Shown here: positions 9,829 to 17,050 of the stretch, piece by piece | Layout of the letters: every line of letters starts with the position of its first letter | Position numbering within the stretch: position 1 is the stretch's first letter | DNA from: an uncultured Acidobacteriota bacterium | GTDB lineage: Bacteria > Acidobacteriota > Thermoanaerobaculia > Multivoradales > UBA5704 | Length of the DNA stretch: 64,000 nt | Assembly: GCA_963757335.1 (NCBI GenBank) | Contig: CAVWRJ010000001.1 | Span: forward strand, 6,917-70,916 | Reading direction: 5' to 3' | The notes under the pieces: model-generated | The model's database searches: none | What the model was told of the DNA's origin: nothing | What the model saw: the letters and a program-made list of their open reading frames with translations, nothing else | Made by a program: the position numbers and the translations under genes

Positions 9829-10743
9829 CTACCAACCTTTTGCCGCGTGTTCACGGATGGCCTGCGCGCCGAGCAGGATACCACGGTGCAGTGCGCGTCC
9901 GGCCGGCGACAGGTCGCGTCCGAGACGTTTGATCAGATAAAGTTCTCGTTCAATGACGGGGGCGACCAGTTTGCGGAACGTCAGCACCGGATGATCGGCC
10001 GCTGGCCAGGCGAGGCTGGGCAGTGGCGCCACGCCGACGCCGGCCTCGACCATCGCGAGCAGGGTCGCCGGATGCTCGGCCTCGTGCAGCGGACCGCTTC
10101 TGCCGATTTCCGCAAGTCCGCGTTCCATCTCCAGCCGAATGCCGGTGCCGGGCGCCATCGCGATCAAGCCCGCAGCGACGCCATCTTTCCAGCTCACCAC
10201 GTCTCGGGACGCGAGCGGATGGTCGCGCCGCATCACCAGCGCAAAGCTGTCGGTCAACAATTTCGTCGCATCGAGATCTGGATCTTCGCCCGGAACGTTG
10301 GCGATACCAAGTTCGGCGTCGCCACTGCGCAGGCCAGCAATGATCTGATGCCGCGAAACTTCCTTGAGCGTCACGCTCACCATCGGATTTTCGCGCTGGA
10401 AGTTTGCCAGCACCACCGGCATCAGACGCAGCGCGACCGAAGGAACGCAGGCGACCGTGACGTGGCCACGGCGGTGTTCGCGTAAATCGCGCAGGTCCTG
10501 CAGCTGGTGGTCGAGATCGGCCAGCAGGCGCTGGATCCCGGGCAGGAAATCCGCGCCGACCTTGCTGAGCTGGACGCTGCGCGTGGTGCGGTCGAGCAGC
10601 CTCACCTGCAGTTCGTCCTCCAGCTGTCGAACGGACTGGCTGAGTGCGGACTGCGACATGCCAAGCGATCGGGCAGCGCGGCTGAAGCTGCCGGTCTGCA
10701 CAACCTCCACGAAGGCCTGGAGCTGTCGTAAGTCTATATTCAT
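9829..10743 (-). CDS. LysR-type transcriptional regulator
   Basis: MNIDLRQLQAFVEVVQTGSFSRAARSLGMSQSALSQSVRQLEDELQVRLLDRTTRSV is the canonical LTTR HTH, followed by a substrate-binding domain. I chose the start at ATG 10743; ATG 10749 is also possible. The ORF-track start at 10827 is an upstream extension. Confidence 0.85.
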   Translation of the reverse strand: MNIDLRQLQAFVEVVQTGSFSRAARSLGMSQSALSQSVRQLEDELQVRLLDRTTRSVQLSKVGADFLPGIQRLLADLDHQLQDLRDLREHRRGHVTVACVPSVALRLMPVVLANFQRENPMVSVTLKEVSRHQIIAGLRSGDAELGIANVPGEDPDLDATKLLTDSFALVMRRDHPLASRDVVSWKDGVAAGLIAMAPGTGIRLEMERGLAEIGRSGPLHEAEHPATLLAMVEAGVGVAPLPSLAWPAADHPVLTFRKLVAPVIERELYLIKRLGRDLSPAGRALHRGILLGAQAIREHAAKGW

Positions 10744-10760
10744 TAGCATTGCTAATGAAT
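10738..10760. promoter_or_regulatory. Perfect 10-bp inverted repeat (LTTR-box-like, T-N11-A compatible) overlapping the LysR start codon
   Basis: The sequence ATTCATTAGC-ATT-GCTAATGAAT lies in the AT-rich divergent region between the LysR gene and the binding-protein gene. Confidence 0.5.
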
Positions 10761-10891
10761 ATATCTGTTTTTTCTGTCTTGTTAATAAAAATACCGGATG
10801 CAAGAATTTTATGCGTTGACTGATCATGACTAAGATTTGTGCAGCCTACCCGGCAAGTAACATCGGCAACCTTCGGCACAGGGGCAAAGAC

Positions 10892-11345
10892 GTGATCGAC
10901 AGACGGAATCTCTTGAAATATTCGCTCCTCGGTACCGCTGTGGCGCCTTTCGCCGGCCTGGCCAGTTCGGCCTTCGCGGCCGACAGCAAGGTCCTGGTGT
11001 CGGAAGCCGTCCGGCTCGGAATGTACGCCTCGCTCTACGTCGCTGCCGATAAGGGGCTGTTCGCCAAGCACGGCCTCGACGCCGATGTTTCGACCGCCGG
11101 CGGCATCGCGCTGCCCGTGCCGATCCTGTTGTCAGGACGCGGCCAGATCGGCGTGACCAGTCCCGGCATGTCGGTCAACGCAACGCGCGAGGGCGGCAAG
11201 ATCAAGAACATCGCCAAGATCGTCGGCGGGGTTTCGATGTGGGGCATGACGCGGTCCGACAGCACGATCAAGACGATCGAGGATCTGCGCGGCAAGACCA
11301 TCGCGACACTCAAATTCCCATCTTCCACCATCCAGGTCCCGGTCG
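10892..11345 (+). pseudogene. ABC transporter periplasmic substrate-binding protein (NMT1/SsuA-like), N-terminal ~150 aa only
   Basis: A GTG at 10892 gives a Tat-like signal VIDRRNLLKYSLLGTAVAPFAGLASSAFAADSK. This is followed by LVSEAVRLGMYASLYVAADKGLFAKHGLDADV...DLRGKTIATLKFPSSTIQ. Protein-like sequence stops near 11345, where the frame runs antisense into the 3' end of the sulfatase gene. Confidence 0.55.
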
Positions 11346-12734
11346 CCTTGACCGCAGGGGCGGGAGTGGCGGCACGAAAGGCGATCAGGCGCTCTCCGAG
11401 CGCGGCCAGCGTGCCGGCATACCGACCGTCGTCGGCGAGATTGACCTGCTCTAAGGGATCGCCGGCGCGATCGAAGAGGAGCGCCGGACGGTCGTCTGGA
11501 CCGAATTCGATTTTGAAGCGCTCGTCGACGATCGCCGTGTCGCCGAGAAATTCGCTGACCGCAAACTCCCGGTGGGCGGTCGCCCTGCCCTCGATCAATG
11601 GTCGCAGCGATTTGGCGTGCGACAGTCCGGCGAGGCTGCCGCCGGCATAGTCGGCAAGGGTGGCGCCGACATCCATCCATTCGGCGATCACCGAGAGCTC
11701 GCGGCTCCCGTTCGCGGCGTCAAGGTTCGGCGGCCGAACGATGAGCGGAACCTGGACGACGGGATCGAGAAAGTTGGCCTTGTAGACCAGGCCCTGATCG
11801 CCGTTCATCTCGCCGTGATCCGAGGTGAAGACGATCAACGTCCGCTCGAGCTCGCCCCGCCGGCGAACGACTTCCAGGATGTTCCCGATCTGCTCGTCGA
11901 TCAGGGTCACGTTGCCGGCATAGTTGGCGCGCATGGCGCGCACCTCGTCGGGCAGGAGCGGCGGGCTGTAGAATCCGGAGTCGAACGCCCGCCGCAGCAG
12001 GCCGCGCACCTGCTCGTGCCCAGCGAGCCGCGGCGTGGGTGCGGGATGTCCGCCTCTGCGTAGAGGCTCGCGTAGGGTTCAGGAGCATCCCAGGGCTCGT
12101 GCGGGCCGCCGAAGCTCACCCAGCAGAACCAGGGCTGCTGACCGTCGAGGCCAGCTAGATAGCTCGCGGCCTGGCGCCCCACGTAGGTATCATAATGATG
12201 CTCGGCACCGAGCACCGAGGGCCGGGCGACATAGCGCTTCGAGCGAATGCGGTCGGCTAAATCTTCGCGGAAGCGCTCCCACAGCCCCTGCTCCTGCCAG
12301 GACTGCGTCATGTTGCTCAGGACATGCATGCTCGCATGAGGGCCGGCGGTCTCGTCCACGACCTGCAACCCATAGGCGTGCATGAGATCGACGCGGTCGC
12401 GCAGATCGCCTTCGTGGGGATGCAGGTGGGTCTTGCCGAACAGGCTGGTGCGGTATCCGGCCCGCTCGACCGCCTGCATCCAGTTGGGGTACCGGGGGTT
12501 GAGGGTACGGGTTTCGTTCTGCCACACGCCGGTCTGATGGGGATAGAGACCGAGCGCGAGGCTGAAGCGGGCCGGAATGCACTCTGCCGAGTTGGTGACG
12601 ACCCCGTGCAAGAGGAAACCTGCGCGCGCCAGCCGGTCGAGGTTCGGCGTTCGGGTCCACCCATTGACAATCCCCAGCGCGTCCGCGCGCATCTGGTCGG
12701 CCATCAAGAAGAGGATGTTGGGTGAGGTCGGCAT
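11346..12734 (-). CDS. Sulfatase-family hydrolase (arylsulfatase-like), frameshifted near 12010-12050; natural stop not identifiable
   Basis: MPTSPNILFLMADQMRADALG...CIPARFSLALGLYPHQTG is in ORF 11907..12734 and resembles the sulfatase N-terminal motif region. LIVFTSDHGEMNGDQGLVYK is in ORF 11035..12009. That ORF reads on without a stop into the antisense of the binding-protein gene. Confidence 0.7.
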
Positions 12735-12794
12735 CTCTATTCTTGAGGCTGGTCTTCTTGCGACCGAGCGAAGCGGGCAGAATGCTACTACAGC

Positions 12795-14717
12795 TCAGAG
12801 CCGCAGCCGGTGCCGCAGGCCGAGGACCCACTCCCGCAGCCGCCAGGCGCGAGTCCCCTCCATCCGCTCCACCCGGTTCCTGTAGGCGGCGAGCTCGGCG
12901 TAGAGCCGGTAGCGCTCGTCTGCCAGCCTCCCCCGTTCCTCCTCTGCCACCTGGGCCACGGCGAGACGCCGCTCGGTCTCCTCCAGGCGGCGGGCGAGAT
13001 CGTCCCGCTCGGCCACGACCCCGTCCCGCTCGGCCCGCAGGCGGTCGCGTTCGCCAGCGACGTCGGCCAGCTCCGTCTGGACGAGGCTTGCCTCGTGTTG
13101 GGCGGTGAGCAGCCGGGGCAGGCGCCGGCGGTAGAGATCCCGGTGCTTGTCGAGCATGTGGAGCCGCAGCGGCTCGCCGACCTCGGCACTCAGGAGACCG
13201 GACGCCATGGAGCCCGGCCGCACCCGGTAGTCGAAGGTGACCTCGGGGAGGCGGTGGAAGCGCCAGCCGCGCTCGGCGGCCCCGATCCAGAGATCCCAGT
13301 CCTCCCAGCCCATAGCTGGCATGGTGCCGTCGTAGCCGCCGCACTGCTCCCAGACCTCCCGGCGGAGGACCGAGCAGGCGTCGATGAAGTTGGCGCGCAG
13401 CAGGCGGTCGAGGTCGAACTCCGGAACGACAATCCTCCCCGAGCGGCAGCCGAACTCCTGGCGGTCGCCGTAGACCACCCCCACCTCGGGCGCCGCGTCG
13501 AGGACCGCCACCGCCGCCGCAGGGAAACCCGGCCGCAGGCGGTTGTCGGCGTCGAGCGGCAGGAGGTAGCGGCCGCGGGCCTCCCGGATACCCCGGTTGC
13601 GTGCCGCGGCAAGGCCGGCGTTCGCCTGAACGATCACCGTGTAGCCGAGCTGGCGGAGGACGGCGAGGATCTCCAGGGTCCGCGGCGCGGTCGAGCCGTC
13701 GTCGACGATCAGGAGCTCGGCGCGCTCCGGGGCGCTCCGCTCGGCGCTCGCCACCGCCTCGATGAGAAACTCGCCGTCGTCGTGGCAGGGGATGACGATC
13801 GAAAGGTCGACCGGAGTGCTGTCGCCGGCCGTCAGCCGCCGGGCGCCGGCAAACGGTGCCGGCGGGGCCGACCCGAGCTCCGCGCCGGACGCGCCGGAAA
13901 GGTCCGCCGCGCGGTCGAGCTCCGCCAGGAGCCGGGCGCATTCGGGGTGCACGGCGGCGGCGAGCCCGATCAGCGGGTCGGTACCGCCGACCTGGGAGAA
14001 CAGACCGCCTGTCGTCGCCAGGGGGGTCTCCGGCAGAGCTATCCCGAGCTTCTCCCGGAGCAGCTCCCGGAGGCGCTCCGGCCGGGCGAGGAGAGCGTTC
14101 GTCGAGAGCAGCAGGCAACGCTCGCTGTGCCGGCCGTAGAAGTCGAGGAGCTGGCGGTTGTAGAAGGCCCAGATCCGGTAGGCGTAGCCGGGGTGATCGA
14201 GGAAGACCGCCGCCCCCAGGCGCTGCATGGAATCGGCGACCTCCCAGGGGAAACGGTAGAGGAGGACGTAGCGGGCGCCGGGGAGGAGACCGTCCCAGAA
14301 GTCGAGGAGGAGGGTGGTCCGCGGGTCCTTCCAGCCCCAGATGCCGGCCGGAGATGGGGCGGCCTGGGCCGCCGCCTGGGCGAGCAGGGCGCGGGCGGCG
14401 TCCGCGAAAGCGGCGAAGCGGCCGCGGTCGAGCCGCTCGCTCTCGGTCCAGCCCCAGTCGGGATGGCCGGGCTCCCCCTCGGGGGTGGCGGCGAGCAGCA
14501 TCCGGCGGTCGAGGTCGAGAAAACCCAGGTCCTCGAAGTAGCCGGTGGGGTTGCCGGAGTCGGCAGCGAGCAGGCGGCTCCCCAGGTCGACCCCGGCCGC
14601 GGCGAGCCAGGAGGCGACCAGCGAGGTCCCCGACCGGTGCATCCCGGCGACGATCAGGACCGGGGCGATCGGGACGATTGGGGCGGGGCCCCGCGGATTC
14701 GGACCGCCTGTGCTCAT
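12795..14717 (-). CDS. Sulfotransferase domain plus family-2 glycosyltransferase fusion protein with C-terminal coiled coil
   Basis: VLIVAGMHRSGTSLVASWL is a PAPS-binding-loop-like sulfotransferase N-terminus. LSIVIPCHDDGEFLIEAVASA...LLIVDDGS...LPLDADN are GT2 motifs. The tail is Arg/Glu-rich with a heptad-like pattern (ERDRLRAERDGVVAERDDLARRLEETERRL). I chose the start at ATG 14717. Confidence 0.8.
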   Translation of the reverse strand: MSTGGPNPRGPAPIVPIAPVLIVAGMHRSGTSLVASWLAAAGVDLGSRLLAADSGNPTGYFEDLGFLDLDRRMLLAATPEGEPGHPDWGWTESERLDRGRFAAFADAARALLAQAAAQAAPSPAGIWGWKDPRTTLLLDFWDGLLPGARYVLLYRFPWEVADSMQRLGAAVFLDHPGYAYRIWAFYNRQLLDFYGRHSERCLLLSTNALLARPERLRELLREKLGIALPETPLATTGGLFSQVGGTDPLIGLAAAVHPECARLLAELDRAADLSGASGAELGSAPPAPFAGARRLTAGDSTPVDLSIVIPCHDDGEFLIEAVASAERSAPERAELLIVDDGSTAPRTLEILAVLRQLGYTVIVQANAGLAAARNRGIREARGRYLLPLDADNRLRPGFPAAAVAVLDAAPEVGVVYGDRQEFGCRSGRIVVPEFDLDRLLRANFIDACSVLRREVWEQCGGYDGTMPAMGWEDWDLWIGAAERGWRFHRLPEVTFDYRVRPGSMASGLLSAEVGEPLRLHMLDKHRDLYRRRLPRLLTAQHEASLVQTELADVAGERDRLRAERDGVVAERDDLARRLEETERRLAVAQVAEEERGRLADERYRLYAELAAYRNRVERMEGTRAWRLREWVLGLRHRLRL

Positions 14718-14766
14718 GAGCCGAGGGAGGATAGCACCCTGCCGGCCGTGGGATAATCCGCCTCCC

Positions 14767-15444
14767 ATGTCCGTTCACCCCACCCCGTCCGGCCCCGGCG
14801 CGAAAGCCGCCGTCCCCGGCCCCTCCGTCCTCCGCCTCCAGCTCACCGGAGTCCTCCTCTTCCTCTTCATCCCCCTCGTGCTCTTCCTCTTCGTCCGCCA
14901 CCCGCGGCCGGTCGGCCTCTCGCTCGCCGCCGGGGTGATCCTCATGGTGGGGCACCGCTTCCTCGCCCGTCCCTACATGGCGCGGGCGCTCGCCGCCAAG
15001 TGCCTGTGGTGCAACCGCGCCCTCCCCGCGGAGAGCGAGACCCTGGAATTGGCCACGGGCGCCCGGCCCCTCTCCGCCCGCTGCTGCCCCGGCCACCGGG
15101 AGCCCGCGGCGCGCTTCTTCGCCTTCGCCGACGCCTTAAAGCTCGCTCTCCGCGCCGGCATCTTCCTCCCCCTCCTCCTCCTCCTCCTCGGGAGCCTCGC
15201 CGCCACCGCCCTCGGCAGGGCCGTTCCCCTGGCCTCGATCACCGCCCTCTTCCAGTTGGTGGTCGGGGTGACCGTGAACCTGGCCGCCCTCGGCCCCTGG
15301 CTCGGCCGGCCGGTCGAACGGGCGGCGGTGCCCTTCCCGGTCCACAACTTCTTTCTCCTCGGGGTGCGGAACCTGCTCTGGATCTTCCGGCTGGTGGGGC
15401 TCTGGTGGATCGTCCGAAGCCTTCTCTACTTCCTCCGCCCCTAG
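14767..15444 (+). CDS. Hypothetical polytopic membrane protein with a central Cys-rich loop
   Basis: The ORF from ATG 14767 has several hydrophobic segments (LTGVLLFLFIPLVLFLFV, IFLPLLLLLLGSLAATALG, LLWIFRLVGLWWIV). It also has CLWCNRAL...CCPGH. I recognise no family. Confidence 0.5.
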   Translation: MSVHPTPSGPGAKAAVPGPSVLRLQLTGVLLFLFIPLVLFLFVRHPRPVGLSLAAGVILMVGHRFLARPYMARALAAKCLWCNRALPAESETLELATGARPLSARCCPGHREPAARFFAFADALKLALRAGIFLPLLLLLLGSLAATALGRAVPLASITALFQLVVGVTVNLAALGPWLGRPVERAAVPFPVHNFFLLGVRNLLWIFRLVGLWWIVRSLLYFLRP

Positions 15445-15700
15445 AGGTCAGTCACGGCTGAATCGCCGGGAGGCGATGGCTCATCCCAGAGTGCGGATTC
15501 GAGCCTTGGCCTGAGCAGTTTGCTGAGATCGCCAGCAGCGCGAGTGCACAACTGAGCCCACTGCGGTAGTCTGCTGACAGGGCGGCAAGCCGCCGCTCAT
15601 TGGCAGTCCCGTTAGCGGCACAGAGATCCTAGCGAGCATTTGCGGCACCAACTATGGCACGACACAGCATACAAACCGACCGGATGAGTGTGTTGGTTCC

Positions 15701-16645
15701 GTGAACTCCTTAGCGAAGAACCCACAGACTGACCTTTGGAAGTTGCGCTGTGGACCAGCGGGTCTCCACGCATTCAACCGTACCACCGGCCTGAACGTCC
15801 TGCTCGACGAGATCCCTGTTCCAGCCTCACTATACTCGCGGGCGCCTCGTCACGTCTCGATTGCACTCACGAACCGGTGCGACTTGGCCTGCGCTCATTG
15901 CTACGCGCCGAAGGCCCGAGCCGAGCTTCGGTACGACATGGTTACGGCCTGGCTCGCCGAGCTGGATGCGAACGGCACTCTTGGAGTCGGCTTTGGCGGA
16001 GGTGAGCCCACGCTCTACCCAGAATTCGCCAGCCTGTGTCAGCATGCGGCGCGCGAGTCGCAGCTCTCTGTGACGTTCACCACGCATGGGCACCACATTG
16101 ACGAAGCCATGGCCGATGAGCTTCGTGGGAGCGTCCACTTCATCCGCTTGAGCATGGATGGAGTCGGCCATACCTACGAATCCATCCGGCGACGCTCCTT
16201 CCACGACCTGCTCGCGCGCATGAAACTCGTGCGAACTATCGCCAGCTTCGGCGTAAACTTCGTCGTGAACGAACACACGTTACCCGATCTCGATGAAGCG
16301 GTCGCTATCGCCGCCGACCTCGGGAGCTGCGAGCTGCTGCTACTTCCACAGATGGCGACCCGCAGCTGCTCTCGGCTCGACGACGACACGTTGCAGGGCC
16401 TGCGAGGGTGGGTCGAGGCGTATCGAGGGAGTCTGAGGCTCTGCATCAGCGAGGGAAGCGCGGAGGGATTCCGCACCTGTGACCCAGTCGAGGCAGAGCG
16501 AGGTCTTCGCGCCTATGCGCACATCGACGCAGCGGGCGTGCTGAAGTCGAGCTCGTACCACGCGACCGGAGTGCAGATCGGTGGTGAAGGCGTGCTGAGC
16601 GCGCTTGATCAACTTGCTCACAACCTCGGGGAGAACCACACATGA
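15701..16645 (+). CDS. Radical SAM domain protein (no SPASM-type C-terminal cluster evident)
   Basis: The CxxxCxxC motif CDLACAHC is at 15878-15901, within SIALTNRCDLACAHCYAP. GVGFGGGEPTLYPEF is the glycine-rich SAM motif. The start is GTG. The stop overlaps the next ATG. Confidence 0.85.
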   Translation: MNSLAKNPQTDLWKLRCGPAGLHAFNRTTGLNVLLDEIPVPASLYSRAPRHVSIALTNRCDLACAHCYAPKARAELRYDMVTAWLAELDANGTLGVGFGGGEPTLYPEFASLCQHAARESQLSVTFTTHGHHIDEAMADELRGSVHFIRLSMDGVGHTYESIRRRSFHDLLARMKLVRTIASFGVNFVVNEHTLPDLDEAVAIAADLGSCELLLLPQMATRSCSRLDDDTLQGLRGWVEAYRGSLRLCISEGSAEGFRTCDPVEAERGLRAYAHIDAAGVLKSSSYHATGVQIGGEGVLSALDQLAHNLGENHT

Positions 16646-17037
16646 AGATCTGGTACCAGCATGGCTCCGAGCACTCCGCGAACCTGGTGATGATCGGCCA
16701 CTTCGAGGACGCGACCGAAGCAACGAAGGCGAAGGAGATCATCGACGCGCTCACGAAGCAGGTCGAGGAAGACCAGGACAAGGGCAGCCCCTTGGAACGA
16801 TACGGCAAGGAGATGCTCGACCTGCTGGACCGTCTGAACGTCTCGTCGATCGGGCCGCGGGAGCTTGAGCAGTTCGCCTACGAAGTCAGCGTGAAAGTAG
16901 AGGGAAACAAGATCGTCCTCAAAACGGAGGAAATCGACATCTCCGCCTTCCTCAAGGTCATGTTCAATCGCGGCGCGCGCATCGAGGTCTACTCCGCTCA
17001 CAACCATCCCGACGCCAGTTACGGGAGAGGTCGTTGA
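16642..17037 (+). CDS. Hypothetical 131-aa acidic protein, translationally coupled to the radical SAM gene
   Basis: ATGA start/stop overlap at 16642-16645. The sequence is MKIWYQHGSEHSANLVMIGHFEDATEATKAKEIIDALTKQVEEDQDK.... There is no recognisable motif. The next gene starts 14 nt after its stop. Confidence 0.6.
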   Translation: MKIWYQHGSEHSANLVMIGHFEDATEATKAKEIIDALTKQVEEDQDKGSPLERYGKEMLDLLDRLNVSSIGPRELEQFAYEVSVKVEGNKIVLKTEEIDISAFLKVMFNRGARIEVYSAHNHPDASYGRGR

Positions 17038-17050
17038 GCATGGAGCCGCC

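Noticed and set aside
12190-15096. A 968-aa minus-strand ORF, and the 648-aa plus-strand ORF 12810..14756, overlapping the sulfotransferase-GT2 gene.
   Set aside because: They are Arg/Pro/Gly-rich low-complexity translations, typical of off-frame or antisense reading of >75% G+C coding DNA. The in-frame 640-aa product has clear enzyme motifs.
15701-16645. Calling the radical-SAM protein a prokaryotic viperin.
   Set aside because: Apart from the generic CxxxCxxC and glycine-rich motifs, I see none of the viperin-specific C-terminal features I remember. The N-terminal region looks more like generic maturase-type rSAM enzymes. The assignment needs a profile search.
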